A stretch of 64,000 bases of DNA from an uncultured Chitinophagales bacterium (GTDB taxonomy: Bacteria > Bacteroidota > Bacteroidia > Chitinophagales > JADIYW01). Below are positions 38,227 through 46,257 of this stretch, piece by piece (position 1 is the stretch's first letter; every line of letters begins with the position of its first letter). Below the pieces are notes generated by a model, which ran no database searches, was not told the DNA's origin, and saw only the letters and a program-made list of their open reading frames with translations. Location: the NCBI GenBank assembly GCA_964507125.1, contig CAZDOT010000009.1:13463-77462 (forward strand), given 5' to 3'. Made by a program: the position numbers and the translations under genes.

Positions 38227-39873
38227 ATGAAAATAGGATTGGCTCAGCTGAATTATATGATTGGTGATTTCTCCGGAAATTTAGCCAAAATTAAAAATGC
38301 TATTGAACAGGCAAAACAACAACAAGCCGATGTGTTGGTGTTTAGTGAATTGAATATTTGCGGTTATCCACCACGCGATTTTTTAGAATTTAACCACTTC
38401 ATTAAACAATGTGAGGATAGCATTGCACAAATTGCAGCTTGTGCCGGTAATCAACTTGCCGTGGTAGTAGGTGCACCCTCTAAAAATCCTACTAAAGACG
38501 GCAAAGATTTACACAATTCCGCCTATTTTATTGCCGATGACAAAGTGCAGTTTATAGCACATAAAACTTTATTGCCTACGTATGATGTATTTGATGAGTA
38601 TCGTTATTTTGAACCGAATAAGGATTTTAATATCATCACTTATAAAAATAAAAAAATAGCCATTACCATTTGTGAAGATATTTGGGATACCGGCGAAACC
38701 AATCCATTGTATAGAGTGAATCCGGTTGCGGAGTTAGCAAAGCACCAACCCGATATTTTATTGAATCTTTCGGCATCACCATTTAATTATAAACAAGCAA
38801 AAAAACGGATGGACGTTGTTCGAAAAAATGCGACACAGTTTAAGTTGCCGGTTTTTTATTGCAATTGTGTTGGTGCCCAAACTGAATTGATTTTTGATGG
38901 AGGTTCGATGGTGATGAATGCTGATGGAAACTTGGTGGATGAGATGCCCTATTTTGAGGAATGCATCCGATTTTATAAATTAGATGACATCGAAAAAAAT
39001 CAACATCATAATAAAGAACAAGATAAAAACGAAACAAAACTCATACACGATGCATTAGTATGTGGTATTCAAAATTATTTCCAAAAATTAGGATTTAAAA
39101 AAGCAATACTTGGTTTAAGTGGTGGTGTAGATTCTGCCTTGGTGCTTGCTTTGGCTGTACGAGCATTGGGAAAAGAAAATGTTTTAAGCGTGTTGATGCC
39201 TTCGCAATTTTCAACAACGCACTCTGTAGAGGATAGCTTGAAGTTGTTGGATAATTTAGGTTCGCCACATAAAATAATTCCGATAAAAGAAGTATTTGAT
39301 GTGTATGACAAAGTGTTGCATCCACATTTTGAAAACAAGCCGTTTGATGTAACCGAAGAAAATTTGCAAGCTCGTATTCGTGGAAATTATCTAATGGCAT
39401 TGAGCAATAAGTTTGGATATATATTATTGAATACAACGAATAAAAGTGAAGCAGCAGTTGGCTACGGCACGCTGTATGGCGATATGTGTGGTGGCTTGGC
39501 GGTTTTGGCAGATGTGTATAAAACGCAAGTGTATGCATTGTGCCGATACATCAATAAAGATGGTGAAATTATTCCGGAACATATACTCACCAAATCACCG
39601 AGTGCTGAGTTGCGCGATGGACAAAAAGATTCAGATTCATTGCCGGATTATGCTGTTTTAGATAAAGTGTTATTAGAGTATATAGAGCATCATCAAGGTC
39701 CGGATGAAATTGAAGCCATGGGTTTTGAGGAAGTATTGATAACACGAATTTTGAGGATGGTGAATAGAAACGAATTTAAACGCCATCAAACACCACCTAT
39801 TTTGCGCGTGTCAACCAAAGCATTTGGCAGTGGACGACGTTTGCCTATTGTTGGAAAATATTTAGAAAGTTGA
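38227..39873 (+). CDS. nadE: glutamine-dependent NAD+ synthetase
   Basis: An N-terminal CN-hydrolase domain (ELNICGYPP, ICEDIW) plus an NAD-synthase domain with the SGGVDS P-loop. Confidence 0.95.
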   Translation: MKIGLAQLNYMIGDFSGNLAKIKNAIEQAKQQQADVLVFSELNICGYPPRDFLEFNHFIKQCEDSIAQIAACAGNQLAVVVGAPSKNPTKDGKDLHNSAYFIADDKVQFIAHKTLLPTYDVFDEYRYFEPNKDFNIITYKNKKIAITICEDIWDTGETNPLYRVNPVAELAKHQPDILLNLSASPFNYKQAKKRMDVVRKNATQFKLPVFYCNCVGAQTELIFDGGSMVMNADGNLVDEMPYFEECIRFYKLDDIEKNQHHNKEQDKNETKLIHDALVCGIQNYFQKLGFKKAILGLSGGVDSALVLALAVRALGKENVLSVLMPSQFSTTHSVEDSLKLLDNLGSPHKIIPIKEVFDVYDKVLHPHFENKPFDVTEENLQARIRGNYLMALSNKFGYILLNTTNKSEAAVGYGTLYGDMCGGLAVLADVYKTQVYALCRYINKDGEIIPEHILTKSPSAELRDGQKDSDSLPDYAVLDKVLLEYIEHHQGPDEIEAMGFEEVLITRILRMVNRNEFKRHQTPPILRVSTKAFGSGRRLPIVGKYLES

Positions 39874-40092
39874 CAACTTCTTAAATTGTTTAGACCCAGT
39901 AACAATTTTTTTATTATTTAAGTTTGAGATTGTACAAATGGATGTTCTAATCAAAATAAAAATGAGATAGAGAATTTATGATAGTTTGGTTTAATGGTAA
40001 ATAAAATAATAGTAACTTTCAAAAAGAAATTAAACCACCATACACTCTGTTAGAGTCCACGACTTTATTAGAGTAATAGACGCTAACTTGGT

Positions 40093-40971
40093 ATGCAAAT
40101 CCAACTTCATAAATCAAAAACAATCGACTATCCTTCCGGCTCAGCTTTGGAATTTTATAATGATACATTGTATGTAATCGGTGATGATGTTAATTATATT
40201 TTGTGCTTAGATGCTGCGTGGAATGAAATTAATCGCATTACTTTATTTGATTACGAAGGTAAGCGAATTCCCAAACCGGATAAGCCGGATTTAGAATGTG
40301 CAACTATTATAAAAGATACTTTGTATGTTGTAGGTTCCGGCTCTAAATCACCACAACGAGATGTTGCATTTATCATACCGCTTGCGGAGCAGAAAGTGAA
40401 ACGCATAAGCACTGCGGCATTTTATGCTCTATTTAGAGATAGAAATTTAATAGCGGAAATGAACATTGAAGGCTTCACGGATTGCAAAGATAAATTGTTG
40501 TTTTTTAACAGAGCCAACAACATACAACCCAATCAATTAATCATTTCTGATCATAAAATAATTCAAAAACAATTTCCCAATTCATTTAAAGTGATGCCGG
40601 TTCAAATGCCGGATTTAAAAGGTATTCCGTTAGGAATTTCCGGTGCCTGTTATGTGGATACAGATGATGTGTTATTGCTCACTGCATCAGCAGAAAATAC
40701 GGATAATGCGTATGACGACGGTGAAATTGTGGGTAGTGTGCTTGCCGTTGTTCGTAATGCCTATCAGCAATTAAATCAAAATTCGTTGGATGTAAATGAA
40801 GTGTATTTATTGGATGATGTCGATGCTTGTTTTTTGCATCAAAAAATAGAATCTATTTGCATAACAAAAAACAACGATACGACATTCACTTGTGTTTTAG
40901 TAGCAGATAATGATGATGGAAAATCCGTGTTGTTTGAAATTACTATTCCGCGTACTTTTTCTTCTTTATAG
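40093..40971 (+). CDS. hypothetical protein, probably beta-rich repeat fold; no signal peptide
   Basis: Repeated motifs of the type LYVIGDD / LYVVGSG / LLLTASAEN / VLVADNDDGKS suggest propeller-like blades. I am not confident of any family assignment. Confidence 0.6.
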   Translation: MQIQLHKSKTIDYPSGSALEFYNDTLYVIGDDVNYILCLDAAWNEINRITLFDYEGKRIPKPDKPDLECATIIKDTLYVVGSGSKSPQRDVAFIIPLAEQKVKRISTAAFYALFRDRNLIAEMNIEGFTDCKDKLLFFNRANNIQPNQLIISDHKIIQKQFPNSFKVMPVQMPDLKGIPLGISGACYVDTDDVLLLTASAENTDNAYDDGEIVGSVLAVVRNAYQQLNQNSLDVNEVYLLDDVDACFLHQKIESICITKNNDTTFTCVLVADNDDGKSVLFEITIPRTFSSL

Positions 40972-41028
40972 ATTTAATATAGCATTTTGTAATAATTGAT
41001 TAATTTCATTTATCAAAAAATATAAAAC

Positions 41029-41814
41029 ATGGAAAATCAATTATTAGACAGCGATATGCTGAACAAAGATGAAGGCAAATCATTAAGTGCGATACTTTCC
41101 AATGGATATCAAACGCAATCCGTGGAATACATCAAAAAAGGATTTGAGATTTTTAAACAAAATATAGGTGGCTTTATTGGCTTCCTAATTGTAATTGGTA
41201 TTGCTTCTTCCATAATCAATACTATTCCGTTTGTCAAAGGAATTGGCATGGCACTTTTGGCGCCGATTATTGCCGGATTTTATATCGTTGCTAAAATGAT
41301 TGACAAAAAGGAAATACATTCCTTTTCTAATTTTTTTGACGGTACCAAAAATTATATGCCGTTGTTTATCGTTTCTATTATACCAACATTAATTATTGGT
41401 GTTGTGATGTTGGTTGTAGGTGGATGGGCTTATTTTAAAATGAGTTTCTTAGGCATCCAACCAAAAATTGATTTTAATGATTTGGGTAGTCTTTCTGCCA
41501 TTACTACGGCAACAGGTTTCGGTGCTAGAGCCGGATTAGCCGGATTAATTGCATTTGTCATCACCATCTTATTTATCTTTTCTACATTCTTAGTGCTGTT
41601 CGAGCGTTTTGAACCGATGAAAGCAATAGATATCAGCCGCCAAATTATCTCTAAAAAATTCTTTAATTGGGTTGGCTTTATGTTCTTACTGGCATTGTTT
41701 AATATGTTGGGTGCTATCTGTTTGTTAGTTGGTTTATTAGTAACTGTTCCAACATCTATTTGTGCCATTTATGTTGCATACGAAGATGTTGTTGGTTTAA
41801 ATTTGAGAGATTAA
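41029..41814 (+). CDS. multi-pass membrane protein of unknown function
   Basis: About 5-6 hydrophobic helices after a ~45-aa polar N-terminus. I recognised no motif. Confidence 0.65.
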   Translation: MENQLLDSDMLNKDEGKSLSAILSNGYQTQSVEYIKKGFEIFKQNIGGFIGFLIVIGIASSIINTIPFVKGIGMALLAPIIAGFYIVAKMIDKKEIHSFSNFFDGTKNYMPLFIVSIIPTLIIGVVMLVVGGWAYFKMSFLGIQPKIDFNDLGSLSAITTATGFGARAGLAGLIAFVITILFIFSTFLVLFERFEPMKAIDISRQIISKKFFNWVGFMFLLALFNMLGAICLLVGLLVTVPTSICAIYVAYEDVVGLNLRD

Positions 41815-41859
41815 GTTATTTATTTCTTCAGGTTGCATCCATCGATAAAAAATAAATTA

Positions 41860-42981
41860 TCACTGATATTGTTGAAGTAGCTGCACTACTTTTTTTGCGG
41901 AAGTATCCCAATTAAAACGTGCAGCATTTTCTTTTCCGTTTTTAATGAGTGTGTCTCTCAATGTAGTATCTTCTGTGATTTTTTTTAGGGCATTGCACAA
42001 TTCATCAGTATTGGAAGGGTGCACGTAAAGTGCCGCATTTGCTGCTATTTCAGGCAATGCCGATACATTGGAAGTGATAATAGGCACACCTAAATTCATG
42101 GCTTCTATTAATGGAATTCCGAAGCCTTCAAACCAACTTGGATATACTAATGCGGTTGCATTTTTAAAAATATGGAGTAAAGAAATTCTATCAATTACAT
42201 CAATTTTGATGACATCATTTTTATAATGCATTTGCTCTAAGTATTGATTTAATTCGTTGTTCATCCAAGCATCTCGACCAATTAACACTAATTGATGTGT
42301 GTAGGCAGTGCTTGCTTTAAATTGCTCAAAACTCTTTAAAATTTGTAATACATTTTTTCTTGGATGTATTGCTCCAACAAAAATAAAATACGGTTGTTGG
42401 CTACATCTATTTATGTAGGTGGATGGAATTGAGTTTGGTTTTTCATCTATACCTATTGCATCAAAACCATTATACACCACTTCAATTTTTTCCGGTTGAA
42501 TATGATATTGTTGGATGATATCTTGTTTGGTAAATTCAGAAACACTCAAAATCTTTGCAGCTTTTTGGCAGTATTTTGGTGTGAAATGCCGATAATATTG
42601 TTGCACTAAAAACGGAGTATGTTGCCGATAATGTTCAAAACCTAAATCGTGTATCGTTAATAGTTGTGGTGCATCAGTAGAAAGCGAACAAAAGCCATCC
42701 GGTGAAAAAAACACATCTATAGAATGTTGTTTTAAATAACGTGGTACGGATTTTTCAAACCACCAATACCATAGAAAAGGATGTCTTGCAGGTGGAAATA
42801 TTTCTATTGGTGTGCAATTATCTGCATAAATAAATGAAGCATCGTGTTTCCTGTCAAACAAAAAATAGAATTGATGTTCCGGCATGAATTGCACCACTCG
42901 ACGAACGATTTCATGTGTGTACATGCCAATTCCTTCCAATTTATTTTTGAGTAGGAAACGTGTATTTATCGCAATTTTCAT
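41860..42981 (-). CDS. glycosyltransferase family 4 (GT-B, GT1/GT4-like)
   Basis: The C-terminal EGFGIPLIEAM (E-x7-E region) and 373 aa. Confidence 0.88.
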   Translation of the reverse strand: MKIAINTRFLLKNKLEGIGMYTHEIVRRVVQFMPEHQFYFLFDRKHDASFIYADNCTPIEIFPPARHPFLWYWWFEKSVPRYLKQHSIDVFFSPDGFCSLSTDAPQLLTIHDLGFEHYRQHTPFLVQQYYRHFTPKYCQKAAKILSVSEFTKQDIIQQYHIQPEKIEVVYNGFDAIGIDEKPNSIPSTYINRCSQQPYFIFVGAIHPRKNVLQILKSFEQFKASTAYTHQLVLIGRDAWMNNELNQYLEQMHYKNDVIKIDVIDRISLLHIFKNATALVYPSWFEGFGIPLIEAMNLGVPIITSNVSALPEIAANAALYVHPSNTDELCNALKKITEDTTLRDTLIKNGKENAARFNWDTSAKKVVQLLQQYQ

Positions 42982-43078
42982 TCGACGCGTTTATTGGGCT
43001 TATTCACAATGCCTTGACTTATTAACAATTTGTCGAAAGATAAGATTTTCAAGGCATTTTATATTAAACTGAAATAAT

Positions 43079-43086
43079 TAACTTTG
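43079..43086 (+). promoter_or_regulatory. TAnnTTTG (-7) box upstream of dnaN
   Basis: TAACTTTG lies 16 nt before ATG 43103. Confidence 0.3.
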
Positions 43087-43102
43087 GAAAAATTTAAACA
43101 CT

Positions 43103-44221
43103 ATGCGATTTGTAGTTTCTTCAACACAACTTTTGAAAAATTTGCAAAAAATAAGCGGCGTTATCAGTACAAACACGGTATTGCCAATATTAGAAGATTT
43201 CTTATTTGATATTGATAATAACACGCTTCATATTACTGCAACCGATTTAGATACTACGATGTCTGTAAGCATGGACGTAGATTCTAATGAGAATTTTAAA
43301 GTGGCCATTCCGGCACGTATCTTATTGGATAGTTTGAAAGCATTACCGGAACAACCTATCACCATTGCAGTGGATGAAACTACCAATGGAATAGAAATTA
43401 CAACGGATAATGGTAAATATAAATTAAGTGGCGAAAACAGTGCCGATTTCCCGAAAGAGCCAACGCCGGAAGATGTAAGTGAAATTAAAATTGCATCCTC
43501 TATTTTAAATATTGGAATTTCAAAAACATTGTTTGCTGTAAGTAATGATGAGTTACGTCCGGCGATGACAGGTGTTTTATTTCAATTAGATGATAATGGA
43601 ATTACATTTGTGGCAACAGATGCTCATAAATTAGTGAAGTTTAATAGAAACGATATTTTAGCAGATACTGCAGCTTCGTTTATTGTTCCTAAAAAAGCAT
43701 TGAACTTGTTAAAAGCAATCGTGCCGAATAATGATACACAAGTTAGCGTACAATACAATAAATCGAATGCATTTTTTGCGTTTGATAATATCCAATTAAT
43801 TTGCCGATTAATTGATGCAAAATATCCAGATTACAATGCCGTAATTCCAAAAGAAAACCCCAATTTATTAGCTGTTTTAAAAGATGAATTATTTTCTTCT
43901 TTAAAAAGAACGTCTATTTTCTCTAATAAAACGACACATCAAGTTGTTTTAAAAATGTCCGGATCGGAATTGAGTGTTTCTGCACAAGATTTAGATTTCA
44001 GCAATGAAGCATCTGAAAAATTAAATTGCGATTATAGAGGAAATGCGATGGAAATTGGTTTCAATGCTAAATTCTTATTAGAAATGTTAGCCGCTTTAGA
44101 TAGTAGTGAAATCCATGTTGAATTATCTACACCTAATAGAGCCGGTATTATTCGCCCATCAGTGAAAGAAGAAAATGAAGATTTATTGATGTTGGTAATG
44201 CCTGTAATGCTTAATAATTAA
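43103..44221 (+). CDS. dnaN: DNA polymerase III beta sliding clamp
   Basis: MRFVVSSTQLLKNLQ...LPILEDFLF N-terminus, a three-domain length of 372 aa, and a C-terminal LMLVMPVML. Confidence 0.95.
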   Translation: MRFVVSSTQLLKNLQKISGVISTNTVLPILEDFLFDIDNNTLHITATDLDTTMSVSMDVDSNENFKVAIPARILLDSLKALPEQPITIAVDETTNGIEITTDNGKYKLSGENSADFPKEPTPEDVSEIKIASSILNIGISKTLFAVSNDELRPAMTGVLFQLDDNGITFVATDAHKLVKFNRNDILADTAASFIVPKKALNLLKAIVPNNDTQVSVQYNKSNAFFAFDNIQLICRLIDAKYPDYNAVIPKENPNLLAVLKDELFSSLKRTSIFSNKTTHQVVLKMSGSELSVSAQDLDFSNEASEKLNCDYRGNAMEIGFNAKFLLEMLAALDSSEIHVELSTPNRAGIIRPSVKEENEDLLMLVMPVMLNN

Positions 44222-44251
44222 TACATTTTTATACTAACCAAATGAAAATGG

Positions 44252-44278
44252 CCACAACTTATGTTGTGGTTTTTTTTA
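44252..44278 (+). terminator. intrinsic terminator after dnaN
   Basis: CCACAAC, loop TTAT, GTTGTGG, then T9. Confidence 0.8.
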
Positions 44279-44596
44279 TTTCTTTTTTGGATGCCAACGC
44301 ACCTTTTCAAAATTTTGTATTTGGTCGTTTATTATTTGAATGCCTTCACTTTCTAATAATTCTTGCATGCGTGTTGGCGAACCAAAATGATGTTTTCCGG
44401 TTAATAAGCCATTTCTATTCACCACACGATGAGCCGGTACATAAAATGGAGCTGATACGGCATTATTCATGGCATAACCAACGGTTCTGGCACTGCCTTT
44501 TGTTCCAATATATTCGGCAATATCGCCGTAAGTGCATACTTTACCAAACGGAATTTTCTGTACGATAGTATATACTTTCAAATAAATATCATTCAT
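44276..44596 (-). CDS. MGMT-family DNA-binding protein lacking the acceptor cysteine (alkyltransferase-like, ATL)
   Basis: The helix-turn-helix region is IPFGKVCTYGDIA. PAHRVV stands where PCHRVV is expected. The product is only 106 aa, with no N-terminal domain. Confidence 0.85.
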   Translation of the reverse strand: MNDIYLKVYTIVQKIPFGKVCTYGDIAEYIGTKGSARTVGYAMNNAVSAPFYVPAHRVVNRNGLLTGKHHFGSPTRMQELLESEGIQIINDQIQNFEKVRWHPKKK

Positions 44597-44698
44597 CTTA
44601 AAAATAAATTAGCATACTAAACTATCCATAAATACGGATATTTTCAGCTTATTTTTCTTCAATTTTTATTGATTTGTTATTTTTTTTTAAAGAAAGTA

Positions 44699-44729
44699 TT
44701 GACAAATTCAAAAAAGCATCCTATTTTTG
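44699..44729 (+). promoter_or_regulatory. promoter for the T9SS-cargo gene: TTG(ACA) -33 element and TATTTTTG -7 box
   Basis: TTGACA at 44699-44704, a 17-nt spacer, then TATTTTTG at 44722-44729. The 10-bp inverted repeat AATTCAAAAA / TTTTTGAATT (44705-14 / 44724-33) overlaps the -7 box. Confidence 0.5.
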
Positions 44730-44750
44730 AATTACATAAAAACCCAAGCC

Positions 44751-45449
44751 ATGTTGACACCCTTAAAATACATGGCGCATGTACTACTTTTTTTTACCAT
44801 AACAATTGTACAAGCGCAATCCGTTTCTGAAAATAGCATATTATGCTATGTCAGTGAAGACTATGCTGTGCACGCTGTCAATAAATCCTTGTCCTCACAG
44901 CAACCTTATAAAATTGCTTGTTCGTACGAAAACGAACAATCTACTATTCCTAAATATATTCAATTTAGATGCACCAATAAACCGGTTTTGTTAACTGTAA
45001 ATGTACACGTTGTGGATGGTGCACATGAGCAATATATCAAACAAACTATCCAATTAAAAGGAAAAAATAAAATATACGAAATGCCCATTTTGGCATACGT
45101 ATCCAATGATTTGTTACTAAGCAATACCGCAAAAATTCATTCTATTGAATTTACCAATTTGTCGGATGCAACAGTAGATTTAAAAGAGCTGAATTTTTCA
45201 AATATTTCAGCTACGTATGATGTGAAATTAAATCAACTATTTACAATCGACAGTAAAAATTTAAGTGCTAAGAATTATACGTTTACAAGCTCCACAAGTA
45301 AGCATGTGAATATAAACGTGTACAATACCAATGGTGGTTTTGCCAGAAAAATAATGAAGACATTACAAGCCGGTGAAAATGAAATTGAGTTTGATGAAAT
45401 GCAATTAAATGATGGAAAATATGTAGTAACTATTACAGAACAATCTTAA
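44751..45449 (+). CDS. small secreted protein with T9SS C-terminal sorting domain
   Basis: The signal peptide is MLTPLKYMAHVLLFFTITIVQAQS from ATG 44751. The C-terminal VNINVYNTNGGFARKIM...GENEIEFDEMQLNDGKYVVTI follows the CTD pattern. Confidence 0.8.
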   Translation: MLTPLKYMAHVLLFFTITIVQAQSVSENSILCYVSEDYAVHAVNKSLSSQQPYKIACSYENEQSTIPKYIQFRCTNKPVLLTVNVHVVDGAHEQYIKQTIQLKGKNKIYEMPILAYVSNDLLLSNTAKIHSIEFTNLSDATVDLKELNFSNISATYDVKLNQLFTIDSKNLSAKNYTFTSSTSKHVNINVYNTNGGFARKIMKTLQAGENEIEFDEMQLNDGKYVVTITEQS

Positions 45450-45507
45450 ATAGATATGTTGTTCTAAAGGAATTATTATAACGATAAATAGTCCAGTTGG
45501 GGGACAA

Positions 45508-45552
45508 GACCTTATTCTAAGCCACAGGTGAAGAGTAAGGTCAATTTTTTTT
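45508..45552 (+). terminator. intrinsic terminator after the T9SS-cargo gene
   Basis: An 11-bp stem GACCTTATTCT / AGAGTAAGGTC with one G-U pair and a 13-nt loop, then T8. Confidence 0.65.
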
Positions 45553-46204
45553 ATGAAGCTACAGTTTCATTTGGTGTCGTAGTTGTGTTGTCGTTCTTTT
45601 CTTCAGCAAAGAATTTATGTTGGAATAATAATAAAATTGCGACACCGACAGTGATACATGCGTCGGCTATATTAAAAATAAATTGAAAGAACTCAAAATA
45701 TTTGCCGCCCATGAACGGAATCCATTCTGGCAAGACGCCTCTATACATCGGAAAATAAAACATATCTACTACTTTACCATGGAACCATTCGGCATAGCCT
45801 TGAGCCGGAAAAGCAACAGCTAATTGCGTGGTGGTACTCTCCGAGAAAAGTTGACCGTAAAAAATACTGTCAATAATATTACCAACTGCACCGGTTAATA
45901 TAAGCGATAAGGCAAATACAAAACCTTTAGATGATTTTTTGTTTTTTACTTGTTGTACTAAGTAATATGTAATAAAGCTTACTGCAATAATTCGGAAAAT
46001 GGTTAGTAAAAATTTTCCCATTCCTTCACCGAAGCTCATGCCAAATGCCATGCCTTCGTTTTCTACAAAATGTATGCGAGCCCAATTTCCTATATATGAA
46101 AACTCATCTCCAATTTTCATATTCAGTTTGATATAAATTTTGGATAATTGGTCTATTGCTAAGGATATAAAAATAGTCAGTAATGCGATATTTTTCTTGT
46201 TCAT
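45551..46204 (-). CDS. lspA: lipoprotein signal peptidase (signal peptidase II)
   Basis: DQLSK, GAVGNIIDS, VVDMFYF and FNIADACI motifs. The ATG is at 46204; 46222 is a GTG. Confidence 0.92.
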   Translation of the reverse strand: MNKKNIALLTIFISLAIDQLSKIYIKLNMKIGDEFSYIGNWARIHFVENEGMAFGMSFGEGMGKFLLTIFRIIAVSFITYYLVQQVKNKKSSKGFVFALSLILTGAVGNIIDSIFYGQLFSESTTTQLAVAFPAQGYAEWFHGKVVDMFYFPMYRGVLPEWIPFMGGKYFEFFQFIFNIADACITVGVAILLLFQHKFFAEEKNDNTTTTPNETVAS

Positions 46205-46222
46205 TTCAATTCGTATTTCCAC

Positions 46223-46254
46223 AAAAAAAATCCCGCCGTGGCGGGAATTTTTTC
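46223..46254 (-). terminator. GC-rich hairpin plus T8 between the dksA-like gene and lspA (terminator or attenuator)
   Basis: Minus strand: A6TT CCCGC CACG GCGGG A T8. Plus-strand stem is 46231-46236 / 46241-46246. Confidence 0.7.
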
Positions 46255-46257
46255 AAT

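Noticed and set aside
44242-44568. A 108-aa + strand ORF after dnaN.
   Set aside because: It is antisense to the MGMT/ATL-like gene, which has clear family motifs. It also starts inside the dnaN terminator.
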